Source: Macrostomum lignano
Taxonomy: Eukaryota
Assembly: GCA_002269645.1 (NCBI GenBank)
Contig: NIVC01002150.1
Location: 136,150 to 200,149 of the forward strand
DNA length: 64,000 nucleotides
Direction: 5' to 3'
The notes under the pieces are model-generated. The model saw only the letters and a program-made list of their open reading frames with translations. It did not search any database and was not told where the DNA came from. The position numbers and the translations under genes are program-made. Below, piece by piece: positions 10,340 to 23,050 of the stretch (within the stretch, counting starts at the first letter, position 1; each line of letters starts with the position of its first letter).

Positions 10340-13300
10340 ATGCCATACCGTGTGCTGTATTGTACGGGTATTTTGTGCGTAAACAGAAATTATATATAAT
10401 ATATAATAGCAGCGGTTAGCCTCTGACCCAAGAGTTTTATTAATTTATTATGCTAACAAAGACTAAGTCGTGTTTTATTCAGACACAAGGCTAGTTTTCT
10501 CACCCAAGCTCGATTATATATAATAACTAACTTGGCCTAGTAAGTAACTAACCGCCGTCTATGTATTTCCTGTCGCAGATGTTCACAGCAACGAGAATTT
10601 GGCCGAAGTAGAACTAGTCTCCTTAGTGACCGAGTCGCTGCCGCGTTATAAATTGCGCGCCGATCGGCTTGTTGAGCTGACCGGTTATGCTCACAAAGAC
10701 TGGATAGACGTATCGCCTAGGCACAGACGGGCCTCCATCACAGCGGATCGGAAGGCCTCTAACGAGGCGTTGACTTATGAGCAGATTAGCAAATCGTTGG
10801 ACTATTTTCTATTGTGCGGACTGAGAATTAGCCAGATGACTAAGGCTTATCATGACATCGAGGCGGTCACCAGGCTGTTGGAAGAGGTTCGTGTTTTTCT
10901 TGTTCTATGTTGCTTTTTTTATTTGAATTTTTCATTCCTAGTAGGGCTACTTTTGCATACTTGTATCTGTGCACTCTTAAATCGTTTGTAGGTACCCTAG
11001 CAACTAAATCGGGGGGATATGTAGTTTATAGGACGTTATTGAAGTACCCTAGTAACTAAATCGGGGGGATATGTAGTTTATAGGACGTTATTGAAGTACC
11101 CTAGCAACTAAATCGGGGAGATATGTAGTTTATAGGACGTTATTGAAGTACCCTAGTAACTAAATCGGGGAGATATGTAGTTTATAGGACGTGATTGATG
11201 TACCCTAGCAACTAAATCAGTGGATATGTAGTTTGTAGGACGTGATTGAAGTACCCTAGCAACTAAACAGGTGGATATGTAGTTTGTAGGAAGTGATTGA
11301 AGTACCCTAGCAACTAAATCAGGGGGATATGTAGTTTATAGAAGATTGAAGTGCCCTAGCAACTATATCTGGGTTTATTCAACTTATTGGATATTTAAAT
11401 CGCCCCAATACACATTTTGTTATTCGCATTCGATGGCCAAATCTAATTATTCGAATCATACCGAATTATTAATTTCCCACAAACTCCCCAGCGCGAAACC
11501 GACCTGGAGCTGGCCGCCAGGATAGGCAAAGAGCTGCTAGAAAAGAATCGCGATCTGCAAGCAAAATGCGACATATTAGACGAACAGCTAACGCAGGAAC
11601 GAGACGTTGTAAGTAGTGTTAAGCGGGTTTTCTATGCAAAAAAGCAAATGCCTAAAGATATTTTTGTGTACTATTTCAGGTGGCGCAGTTGCGACACGAT
11701 TTGCATCTGAAGGAGGAGCTGCTGGCAATCTATGCTCAGAGCGAGGATTCCGAGGTCGCGGGCGCTTCGGCAAGCGAAGGGTATGTCAGAGTGCTGTGGG
11801 GCTGGTTGATTCTGTCACAGGAATGATTATTCATTCCCTCTCTGTCACAGGAATGATTATCCATTCTCTCTCTGTCACAGGAATCATTATCCATTCCCTC
11901 TCTGTCACAGGAATGATTATCCATTCCCTCTCTGTCACAGGAATCATTATCCATTCCCTCTCTGTCAAAGGAATCATTATCCATTCCCTGTCACAGGAAT
12001 CATTATCCATTCCCTCTCTGTCACAGGAATGATTATCCATTCCCTCTCTGTCACAGGAATGATTATCCATTCCCTCTCTGTCACAGGAATGATTATCCAT
12101 TCCCTCTCTGTCACAGGAATCATTATCCATTCCCTCTCTGTCACAGGAATGATTATCCATTCCCTCTCTGTCACAGGAGTGATGATCCATCCCTCCCCAC
12201 CCCTTCAGTGAGTCGCTGAGCCAGTCCGTGGGCAGTTTCGCCGGTGTTCACCTCACAAACCTGGAGCGCAAAGTGAAGCAGCTCGAAGAGGAGAACATGC
12301 AGCTGCGGCTTGAGAAGTCCCGACTCAGCAGCGACACTGACGGCATGGAGGAGCGGGAGACGGCCTTGGTGAAGGACTGCATCAGGCAGCTGGCCGAGGC
12401 CAACCTGCACATCAAAGGCCTGTCTGACAATCTCAATCAGAAAACCGATTTGTACATTAGCCAGCAGACTGAGATTACCCAGCTGCTGACTAAAAATATC
12501 GAATTGGAAAGCAAGATTAAGCGGGTGAGTCTTGTTTTGTTAGGGTTGCTAATTTAGCCTTTGGCAATGTGCTGGGTATAGTGGATTGCTAATCTAGCCT
12601 TTGGAAATGTGCTGGGTATAATGGATTGCTAATCTAGCTTTTTTGTCAATGTGCTGGGTATAATGGATTGCTAATTTAGCCTTTTTGCCAATGTGCTGGG
12701 TATAAAGGATTGCTAATCTAGCCTTTTTGCCAATGTGCTGGGTATAATGGATTGCTAATCTAGCCTTTGGCAATGTGCTGGGTATAATGGATTGCTAATC
12801 TAGCCTTTGGCAATGTGCTGGGTATAATGGATTGCTAATCTAGCCTTTGGCAATGTGCTGGGTATAATGGATTGCTAATCTAGCCTTTGGCATTGTGCTG
12901 GGTATAATGGATTGCTAATGTGTTGGGTATAGTGGGTTGCTAATCTAGCCTTTTTGCCAATGTGCTGGGTATAATGGATTGCTAATCTAGCCTTTGGCAA
13001 TGTGCTGGGTATAATGGATTGCTAATCTAGCCTTTGGCAATGTGCTGGGTATAAAGGATTGCTAATTTAGCCTTTTTGCCAATGTGCTGGGTATAAAGGA
13101 TTGCTAATCTAGCCTTTGGCATTGTGCTGGGTATAGTGGATAGCTAATGTAGCGTAAAATAGATCAGCTATCGATTTTTTTATCGTCAATATGTAAACAG
13201 CTTAAAAGTACATAATAGATTTTCGAAATGTATAGTAGTATTTAGCGGATTGCTAATCTATTCTGCAATAGTAATGCTAGCTGTATGAGCAATTTTAAGA

Positions 13301-16300
13301 ACCAATCAACTCCACAGGTGGCAATGGAGCGCGACCTGCTTGACACCAGGCTAAGAGAAGCGCAGAATGCTCAACGTGCGCTCACTGGCGAACTGGGCGA
13401 TCTGCACGATCGCTATGACGAGTGCCTCGGCATGCTGGACGAAGCGCAGCAGGAGATTCGCGCGTTAAAAAAGCGCCAAAAATCGTTGCGACTTGGCGCC
13501 GCCGGTGCTCATCTATTGGCTCCGCCGTCTGCCGCGGCCGCTACCACCGCCGACGCTTCCTCTGTGGCCGCTTCCGGGGCCCGCCTGTTGCCGATGCACG
13601 CACCGGCTGTGCCGCCGCCGTACGAGCAGAGCCTCATGAGCGAGCTGGAGATGAGCTCGGCTAGGGTCGGCGGCGATCATCGGATGTGAGCGAGCTTTTG
13701 GGGAGTTGCTGGGACTGCTGTTATAAAGTACACGGGGCTCTGATGAAGCTTGTGGAATTCTATGGAAATTCTAAGGATGTCTTTAGGATTCTCTGATTGG
13801 TTGGTGAATAAGTCAATGGGATTCTCTGATTGGTCGTGAATAAGTCAATGGGATTCTCTGATTGGTTGGTGAATAAGTCAATGGGATTCTCTGATTGGTT
13901 GGTGAATAAGTCAATGGGATTCTCTGATTGGTCGGTGAATAAGTCAATGGGATTCTCTGGTTGGTCGGTGAATAAGTCAATGGGATTCTCTGATTGGTTG
14001 GTGAATAAGTCAATGGGATTCTCTGATTGGTCGGTGAATAAGTCAATGGGATTCTCTGATTGGCCAGCAAAGAAGAAACCAGTAAAATTTGTGCCATCCC
14101 ACCCTCCCCAGCGCGGACAATCTCAAGGCCTTGGAGACGGTCAAGATAGTCAAAAGTGCCGCCGCCCAGGGCCTGCACGGCAGAGCTGGCATCAGGCCGA
14201 CAGGCGCTGCCGCCGGCATAGCCCTCACCAGCACTAGCTTAGGCTACGCCACTACTCTCCGCGATCCTGTTGTTGCTATGGCGTCATTGGTTACACCTGG
14301 CGACGAGGAGCAGCGCAGCGGGGCGGCCAGTTCCGGCTATCGAGACGAATGCCTGTCAGAGTGAGTTTTTAGGGAGGCTGCTTGGGGATCAGCATTCATA
14401 TTGATGTTGGCTTTGCGCTGATTGATATATTCATATTTGTGTCTTCAGGTTTTCTAGTGACGTTTAAGATTTCCAAAAAATGCTCATTTCCTTACAAGCT
14501 GCACATTCCCCTGCAAACTGCACATTCCCCTGCAAACTGCACATTCCCCTGCAAACTGCACATTCCCCTGCAAACTGCACATTCCCCTGCAAACTGCACA
14601 TTCCCCTGAAAACTGAACATTCCCCTAAAGACTGCATATTCCCTAAGCTGAACATTCTTCAAACTGTACATTCCCTGAGCTGAACTATTTTCAATGTAGC
14701 AGTTAGAATTACAATTAGATTTTTTGAATTATTTCTGTTCCAGTCGCATGATGAAGCTGGAGTCTTATCTTACTCAGCCGTGGAAGTCTCTATTCAGGTT
14801 GGGCATAATTAAGCTTAGTTTTGTCTAATTTCTAATTTACAAAATAAGACTTCAATTCCAATTGAGGTGCAGATATCATCGGTGGTGATCTGAGAAATCT
14901 AACTGGCACAATTTCAATGGAATTTCACTTGATTGCGAGCTTAAAAGTGGTGACTTTTGTTACTCATTATCACGCTTTGGGTCGGCTTCCTCTGATCTTT
15001 CTTTAAGTCTTGATCAGTGTTCTTTCGCTAATCTCAACCTGTTTGAAAAACTTGCGCTAACAGAAGCACTAGTGTCAAATTATACTAGCATTTGCACTAC
15101 TCTCGCGTGATTTGTTATCATAAATGACTCTTAAATTCTCTCTCATGACCCTATTCTCTCCCTGACCCTATTCTCTCCCTGACCCTATTCTCTCCCTGAC
15201 CCTATTCTCTCCCCTGACCCTATTCTCTCCCTGACCCTATTCTCTCCCTGACCCTATTCTCTCCCTGACCCTATTCTCTCCCCTGACCCTATTCTCTCCC
15301 TGACCCTATTCTCTCCCTGACCCTATTCTCTCCCTGACCCTATTCTCTCCCTGACCCTATTCTCTCCCTGACCCTATTCTCTCCCTGACCCTATTCTCTC
15401 CCTGACCCTATTCTCTCCCTGGCCCTATTCTCTCCCTGACCCTATTCTCTCCCTGACCCTATTCTCTCCCTGGCCCTATTCTCTCCCTGACCCTATTCTC
15501 TCCCTGGCCCTATTCTCTCCCTGACCCTATTCTCTCCCCTGACCCTATTCTCTCCCCTGACCCTATTCTCTCCCTGACCCTACTCTCTCCCTGACCCTAT
15601 TCTCTCCCTGACCCTATTCTCTCCCTGACCCTATTCTCTCCCCTGACCCTATTCTCTCCCTGACCCTATTCTCTCCCTGACCCTATTCTCTCCCTGACCC
15701 TATTCTCTCCCTGGCCCTATTCTCTCCCTGACCCTATTCTCTCCCTGGCCCTATTCTCTCCCTGACCCTATTCTCTCCCCTGACCCTATTCTCTCCCCTG
15801 ACCCTATTCTCTCCCTGACCCTACTCTCTCCCTGACCCTATTCTCTCCCTGACCCTATTCTCTCCCTGACCCTATTCTCTCCCTGACCCTATTCTCTCCC
15901 CTGACCCTATTCTCTCCCTGACCCTATTCTCTCCCCTGACCCTATTCTCTCCCCTGACCCTATTCCCTTTCGTCCTCTTTCTCAGGTATTTTCATTTCTC
16001 TCTTCTCGCTTCCCTCTCTCCCACTTCTTTCTTGTCTTCACCGCCGCTCACACCTGTCGATTCTCCGCCACCGCCACGCAGGTCGCTAAGCGTTGGCAAT
16101 CTGAGCGAAGCGAACGCCGGCTTCGCCGACATGAACCTGGTGATGAGCAAGCTCAAAAAGGAGCAGGAGCGACGCCGGAAAGCTGTCACTCAGCGTTACA
16201 GGTAAGACGAAAACGTGCAAGTTTCAGATTTGCCAATGTTTAATTTAAAGTTCAGTTTCTCTTAAAATAAACTTTATTGGGACCTCGTCAGAGGCAGCTG

Positions 16301-19300
16301 TCTCGTCTCTCCTCGAGTGGCTGCTTTGAAAGGGTAACTCAACTAAAATAATTATCTTTTTTGTTATATTACTCAGCCACTAAGCTACTTATAGTAGTTT
16401 TTTATTTCGACCCTCAGTTGGTAATTAGGTCAAGAATTTTGCAGATTCTATCATTGCGCTTTCCATTCTCTTCAATCGGTTGGTTGATGATACCCGGGTG
16501 TGCAGAAGTGCGCCAAAAACGCTATTTCTTGTTTGTCTTAAAAAAAGCGAAAAAACGACCCAGAGTCGAACCCGCGACCTTCGAACCCCAGGTACGCATC
16601 GGAGCAGTCGGCCGGCTCCACTAGTCCTCTGTCGGCTTCGAATCCCGAGCTGAGCTCGGCCGGCTCAAGTCCGCCTCGCAACTCGTGGGACGTGGCCGCC
16701 GCGGAGCCCGAGGTTGACGAGCCGCATGACGGACTGCCGCCGCCCCAGCAGCAGCCGCTGGCTCAGCAGCAGCATCATCATCAGCAACAGCAGCCGCAGC
16801 CGCAGTCCTCGCTGCAGCAGCATCTGCCGCTGCCGAAAGCGGCCAGCCGCATCGGGATGGGCATCGCCCCGGAGAAGCTGCAGCTGGTGAAGCCAATCGA
16901 AGGCTCCTTGACGCTGGCACAGTGGCGTAGGCTGGCCACGCCCGGCCTGCATGCTGTTGTTGTCGGCGACTTGCCCGGTGTTCAAATACGCGGCGGTCTG
17001 GAAGGCGATCCGATGCTCTGCGAACTCATGGGCGATGCGGTCTGCGGCCAGGGAGAGGCGGATAAGGCGCAGCTCAGCCTCAGCGACATCGAGGAGGACG
17101 GTGAGGAACAGCAACAGAGGCTTGCAGATCCATGAGGATTGTATTGAGATCCATGAGGATTCTATTGAGATCCATGAGGATTCTATTGAAATCCATGAGG
17201 ATTGTATTGAGATCTATGAGGATTGTATTGAGATCCATGAGGATTCTATTGAGATCCATGAGGATTCTATTGAGATCCATGAGGATTGTATTGAGATCCA
17301 TGAGGATTTTATTGAGATCCATGAGGATTCTATTGAGATCCATGAGGATTGTATTGAGATCCATGAGGATTTTATTGAGATCCATGAGGATTGTACTGAG
17401 ATCTATGAGGATTGTATTTAGATCCATGAGGATTCTATTGAGATCCATGAGGATTGTATTGAGATGCATGAGGATTCTATTGAGATCCATGAGGATTCTA
17501 TTGAGATCCATGAGGATTGTATTGAGATCCATGAGGATTGTATTGAGATGCATGAGGATTCTATTGAGATCCATGAGGATTCTATTGAGATCCATGAGGA
17601 TTGTATTGAGATCCATGAGGATTTTATTGAGATCCATGAGGATTGTACTGAGATCTATGAGGATTGTATTTAGATCCATGAGGATTCTATTGAGATCCAT
17701 GAGGATTGTATTGAGATGCATGAGGATTCTATTGAGATCCATGAGGATTCTATTGAGATCCATGAGGATTGTATTGAGATCCATGAGGATTGTATTGAGA
17801 TGCATGAGGATTCTATTGAGATCCATGAGGATTCTATTGAGATCCATGAGGATTGTATTGAGATCCATGAGGATTCTATTGAGATCCATGAGGATTGTAT
17901 TGAGATCCATAAGGATATTAAGATCCATGAGGATTGCATTGAGATCCATGAGGATTGTATTGAGATCCATGAGGATTGTATTGAGATCCATGAGGATTGT
18001 ATTGAGATCCATGAGGATTCTATCGCGGCACACCAAAATTCTAGCGAGATCCGTTAAGATATGTAATTGCAGCATTACCTACATGCAAAATGCCTGTTAC
18101 ATTACATTACCATTACCTACATTAAATGATTAATCATACTTGCTTACAAGCTCACCATCAATCAAAACGAAAAAAAACTCGCAGACGATTTCTGCCGCAT
18201 CAAGTTCAAAGACGCCGAGGCCTCCGGCCTGACCTATACATACACTAACTCGAAGGTGATGCACCCGACTGACAGCTATGAGTTTGCCGCCCCGGCTCCA
18301 CCTGTCGCTGCCACCTCGCCTTCGGCTGCAGCCGCTGGCAGTGCGTCGAAAATCGCTGGTGGCTCCCGGTCGGCGACCACGCTTGTGCCTGACGTGTCCA
18401 AGTGAGTGACGCTTCGGTGTGCGTGAGACAAGTAGACTGAGAGAGAGGGGGTGAGACAGGTAGACTGAGAGAGGGGGTGAGACAGGTAGACTGAGAGAGA
18501 GGGGGTGAGACAGGTAGACTGAGAGAGAGGGGGGGTGAGACAGGTAGACTGAGAGAGAGGGGGTGAGACAGGTAGACGGAGAGAGAGGGGGTGAGACAGG
18601 TAGACTGAGAGAGAGGGGGTGAGACAGGTAGACTGAGAGAGAGGGGGGTGAGACAGGTAGACTGAGAGAGAGGGGGGTGAGACAGGTAGACTGAGAGAGA
18701 GGGGGTGAGACAGGTAGACTGAGAGAGAGGGGGGTGAGACAGGTAGACTGAGAGAGGGGGTGAGACAGGTAGAATGAGAGAGAAGGGGGTGAGACAGGTA
18801 GAATGAGAGAGAGGGGGTGAGACAGGTAGACTGAGAGAGAGGGGGGTGAGACAGATAGAATGAGAGAGAGGGGGGTGAGACAGGTAGAATGAGAGAGAGA
18901 GGGGGGTTAGACAGGTAGAATGAGAGAGAGGGGGGTGAGACAGGTAGAATGAGAGAGAGGGGGGTGAGACCGTTAGAATGAGAGAGAGGGGGTGAGACAG
19001 GTAGACTGAGAGAGGGGGTGAGACAGGTAGAATGAGAGAGAGGGGGTGAGACAGGTAGAATGAGAGAGAGAGGGTGAGACAGGTAGAATGAGAGAGAGGG
19101 GAGTGAGACCGTTAGAATGAGAGAGAGGGGGTGAGACAGGTAGACTGAGAGAGGGGGTGAGACAGGTAGACTGAGAGAGAGGGGGTGAGACAGGTAGACT
19201 GAGAGAGAGGGGGGGTGAGACAGGTAGACTGAGAGAGAGGGGGTGAGACAGGTAGACGGAGAGAGAGGGGGTGAGACAGGTAGACGGAGAGAGAGGAGGT

Positions 19301-20187
19301 GAGACAGGTAGACTGAGAGAGAGGGGGGTGAGACAGGTAGACTGAGAGAGAGGGGGGTGAGACAGGTAGACTGAGAGAGAGGGGGTGAGACAGGTAGACT
19401 GAGAGAGAGGGGGGTGAGACAGGTAGACTGAGAGAGGGGGTGAGACAGGTAGAATGAGAGAGAAGGGGGTGAGACAGGTAGAATGAGAGAGAGGGGGTGA
19501 GACAGGTAGACTGAGAGAGAGGGGGTGAGACAGATAGAATGAGAGAGAGGGGGGTGAGACAGGTAGAATGAGAGAGAGAGGGGGTTAGACAGGTAGAATG
19601 AGAGAGAGGGGGGTGAGACAGGTAGAATGAGAGAGAGGGGGGTGAGACCGTTAGAATGAGAGAGAGGGGGTGAGACAGGTAGACTGAGAGAGGGGGTGAG
19701 ACAGGTAGAATGAGAGAGAGGGGGGTGAGACAGGTAGAATGAGAGAGAGAGGGTGAGACAGGTAGAATGAGAGAGAGGGGAGTGAGACCGTTAGAATGAG
19801 AGAGAGGGGGTGAGACAGGTAGACTGAGAGAGAGGGGGGTGAGACAGGTAGAATGAGAGAGAAGGGGGTGAGACAGGTAGAATGAGAGAGAGGGGGTGAG
19901 ACAGGTAGAATGAGAGAGAGGGGGTGAGACAGGTAGACTGAGAGAGGGGGTGAGACAGGTAGAATGAGAGAGAGGGGGATGAGACCGTTAGAATGAGAGA
20001 GAGAGGGTGAGACAGGTAGACTGAGAGAGGGGGTGAGACAGGTAGAATGAGAGAGAGGGGGTGAGACAGGTAGAATGAGAGAGAGGGGAGTGAGACCGTT
20101 AGAATGAGAGAGAGGGGGTGAGACAGGTAGAATGAGAGAGAGGGGGGTTAGACAGTTAGAATGAGAGAGAGGGGGTGAGACAGGTAG

Positions 20188-20225
<38 letters not shown>

Positions 20226-21095
20226 GAGACAGGTAGACTGGGAGAGTGGGTGAGACAGGTGATAATGAGGGAGGCAGAGTAGCGTCAAGGAATTGGAGTC
20301 TGTTGGTCTCAGATTTACTCAGGAAGGATGGGGAATTCAAACCTGTCAGTCACTAGAAAGCAACTCCTCAGTGTCCTGATGTTCCATTATAATTTCTGCA
20401 GAGCTCCGCCGGGCAAGCAGCCACCATTTGCTTTGCAAATCGCCCGCACCCCGTCTAAACGGTGGCCGCAAGACGACGGCACGTCGACATTTTCGTTGAG
20501 CTTCGGCCTCGCCGACGTACTGCGTGAACGCGGCGTCAGGAGCGCCGCCCCCGACGACATCGCCGCCAGCGCCTCGCTGCACCGGCTGCACCAGCAGCAG
20601 CAGCAACTGCCGCGGCGGCAGCGGTCCCGCCAGCCGAGCACCAGCGCCGGCCTGCCGTCGGCAGACGACGAATCCGCGTCTAGACAGCGATCGGCGTCGT
20701 CGTCGGCTTCTTCGACGGCGGACAGCAGCAACGCGGCGGCCTCGGCGTCGGCCGAAGGCGAGGAGGATGACGAAGCGACGCCGACGCACGACGGTTGGTT
20801 TTTGCCGACGCTGGGCGCCGGCCTGAGCGCCACCCTGCGCAACCTGCTGCAGGGCGTCAGCCTGGTCGCTGGCGGCCCCATGCCGCCGTCGTCCTCTTCG
20901 GATTCGTCGACCTCTTCGGCCAGCCCGCCGCTGCCGCCGGCCACCATCGCCGGATTGAATATCTTCGGCCAGACGACAGTCGAGACTTCTTCGACGGCTA
21001 ACGCCTCCGCGGCGCCTGGCGCAGTCGGCGGCGGCGGCGGTATTGTTCATCGGGTGTCGTCGCTGAGCCCGGCTGACCTGGAGCCGCCCAGTTGA
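10340..21095 (+). CDS. TRAK: Trafficking kinesin-binding protein (TRAK1/2, Milton), HAP1_N + Milton domains, ~1030-1060 aa. Exons 10340-10367, 10579-10886, 11492-11608, 11680-11780, 12209-12524, 13318-13685, 14112-14360, 14744-14797, 15986(or 16082)-16201, 16592-17100, 18185-18401, 20402-21095
   Basis: Diagnostic motifs LAEVELVSLVTESLPRYKLRAD, QMTKAYHDIEAVTRLLEE|RETDLELAARIG, PEKLQLVKPIEGSLTLAQWRRLA and TYTYTNSKVMHPTD. All junctions are GT-AG and phase-consistent. Exon 1, the 54-nt exon and the choice of acceptor at 15986/16082 are less certain. Confidence 0.93.
10992..11370. repeat. 52-bp minisatellite, ~7 units, TRAK intron 2
   Basis: GTACCCTAG recurs at 10992, 11044, 11096, 11148, 11200, 11251, 11302. 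Confidence 0.95.
11812..12190. repeat. 30-bp minisatellite (CTCTGTCACAGGAATGATTATCCATTCCCT), ~12 units, TRAK intron 4
   Basis: Direct reading; explains the repetitive ORFs at 11616-12211. Confidence 0.95.
12550..13150. repeat. 40-bp minisatellite (GGATTGCTAATCTAGCCTTTGGCAATGTGCTGGGTATAAT), ~14 units, TRAK intron 5
   Basis: Direct reading. Confidence 0.95.
13785..14065. repeat. 33-bp minisatellite (GAATAAGTCAATGGGATTCTCTGATTGGTTGGT), ~8 units, TRAK intron 6
   Basis: Direct reading. Confidence 0.95.
14490..14680. repeat. 19-bp minisatellite (CACATTCCCCTGCAAACTG), TRAK intron 7
   Basis: About 6 near-perfect units plus degenerate ones. Confidence 0.9.
15147..15965. repeat. 18-19-bp minisatellite (CTGACCCTATTCTCTCCC), ~45 units, TRAK intron 8
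   Basis: Direct reading. Confidence 0.97.
17126..18025. repeat. 21-bp minisatellite (GAGATCCATGAGGATTGTATT), ~43 units, TRAK intron 10
   Basis: Direct reading; source of the 331/333-aa artefact ORFs. Confidence 0.97.
18422..20260. repeat. Purine-rich ~26-30-bp minisatellite (GAGACAGGTAGACTGAGAGAGAGGGGGT), ~65 units, TRAK intron 11
   Basis: Direct reading. Confidence 0.97.
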
Positions 21096-21194
21096 TTGAC
21101 TTGAGGAGTCATGAATTAAAAAAACTGGCTTACTGACTTCTAAAGTAGGAATACACGCTCTAGTTACACAAAGTTAGAGAATCGAAGTTTCTCT

Positions 21195-21505
21195 TAATTC
21201 GGCCTAAAACGATTTTTATTGGATCGGCCTTAAAAAATCAAAGCTGCCTAAATCGGCCTTAAAAACTGAAATTACCTAAATTTACCTTCAAAAATCGATA
21301 TTATCCTAATCGGCCTTCAAGAATCTAAAATACCTAAATCGGCCTTCAAGAATCTAAAATACCTAAACCGGCCCTCAAAGATCAAAATGACCTAACCTAA
21401 ATCGGCCTTCAAAAACCGAAATTACCTAAATCAACCGATCAAAAATTAATATTACCTTAATCGGCCTTCAAAAGTCGAAATTTCCTAAATCGGCCTTCAA
21501 AAAAC
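21195..21505. repeat. Degenerate ~29-bp tandem repeat (TAAATCGGCCTTCAAAAATCGAAATTACC) downstream of TRAK
   Basis: About 10 imperfect units. Confidence 0.8.
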
Positions 21506-21986
21506 TGCCAGTTGATTTGCTGGTTGGAGTCGTGCAGGATAAGATTTATTGAGACCAAAGCTCACTTTTATTTTTCATCGCTTAGTTTATCGGCTTTTAA
21601 AAAACTCCTCACAGTTTGCGTTTCTTAATCTCGTTCATGTTTTGTAACTTTTTTTAGATTATTTTTTATTTAACTCTTAACTTAGATTAGGGCGTCGCAG
21701 CGCCGCGCTTTGCTGTTTGTTTTATCGTAATCGATTGGCGCGTATTTAAAATCTATAGTTTTCATATGCGTTCTATTTTAGCCAGTTAATTAGTAGTGTG
21801 TATAGGACATGCGCAGGCCCAGTATGTATAGTGAGACTTAATACTAGATGTAAATAGCCTGTCCATTGCAATTTAATACCTGTGTTTACTCTTAGAATCA
21901 TGTAAATTTGCAATATGCTTCCGAGCAGATGCATTGCCGCAATCCTGTATGATTATTACTATTGGTGATCTCTTAAATGTGCGAAT

Positions 21987-22022
21987 CAGGGGTCGGCAGC
22001 GAACTCCGGCCCTCGGGTCTTT
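21987..22022. mobile_element. Isolated terminus of the Charlie-like hAT family also seen at 32465 and 46880-47134
   Basis: CAGGGGTCGGCAGCGAACTCCGGCCCTCGGGTCTTT matches the family end CAGGGGT(C/T)GGCAAACTCCGG..CCCTCGGGTTCTTT. Confidence 0.55.
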
Positions 22023-22847
22023 TTAACCTTCACTGTGACACTCTAATTGTGTGACACTAAAATTGCGACATTTCTCGTGCTATGTGACAGATTTTACGGT
22101 TCAGATCTGTATTCTTCTACTTTTCTCAGTAGTTTTAGTAAACTTAGTAAGTCTTAGTAAACTTAATTACGAGGTCTTTGTTTTATCGCTTGTTCGCTCT
22201 AGATCGACGCATCTTTGTTTTTGATGCTGATTAAAAAAAGCTTTTGCCTTCCAGAATCCTGAGTTCTTCTCTGCGTTACTTCAAGTATCTTGATGATGCT
22301 CTTTCATGCCGCAACTATTTTAACAGCCAACCATTACATTTGACTAACTGGATATTTACAACTCAATATTAGTAAAGACTAATCAGTAGTGTTTGCTGCG
22401 CGCTATGTTTTAGATTTAATTGGCCAGTATTCTGTTATGCTTTGTAGATTATGGACAAACGTTATAGCTTAATTTTGTGAAAACTTTTGAGTCATCATTG
22501 CTGTTTTGCTTTGTAAGCTACTCTTAGTAGCACCAAAGATATCTAACGGACGCATCTTGATCAGTGTTTTTAATCGCGTTTAGCTCATGGCTTCGTATAG
22601 AAATAGCTTAATTTGCAATAAATACTACTAACGTGTATTCGCTGCTTCTGCACTTATATTTTTAAGACTGCACTGAACTCACTGCTGTGTGAGATTGGTG
22701 AATCATATATTTTAGTCGTTGCACACTTGCCAGCCTAGCAAAGTAAAAGTTTCAAGTTGAGTCTAATTGTAGCCTAAATATTTCACTCATTTTTGTTGAG
22801 CTGCAGGAGTTCAACTGACATTATAGAGCATCACAATCGTCATTAAT

Positions 22848-23050
22848 GGGGGGGTTGTAGCCTAGTAGTTAGAGCGTCGGACTCATGACCTGAAGGTTGG
22901 GGGTTCGATTCCCGATCCCAGTTTTAACAATGTGTTATCTACAGCAAGACACTTAACGCTTCAGTTCGCCCAGCTGTAAAATGGGAGCCAGCATTAGCTG
23001 GGGTAATTGAGGCTGTGTGTGGCGACCTCCAGTCCTTGGACTGAACAGCC
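22848..23050 (+). mobile_element. tRNA-derived SINE with CORE-like central domain
   Basis: A-box-like TAGCCTAGTAG, anticodon-loop-like CTCATGA, B box GGTTCGATTCC, then GCAAGACACTTAAC..CAGCTGTAAAATGGG resembling the CORE/MIR domain. The acceptor stem does not pair, so it is not a tRNA gene. Confidence 0.75.

Noticed and set aside
17080-18133. 331/333-aa ORFs, and similar ORFs at 11616-12211, 13813-14237, 19651-20340, 47931-48542, 50358-51943, 59356-60260 and 60377-60937
   Set aside because: Translations of intronic tandem repeats; the flanking exons splice across them in phase
20346-21050. Antisense ORFs over GC-rich exons (also 35256-35777, 43882-44809, 62214-62597)
   Set aside because: Shadow frames of real coding exons
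22851-22921. tRNA-Met gene
   Set aside because: The acceptor stem does not pair and the sequence continues into a SINE body
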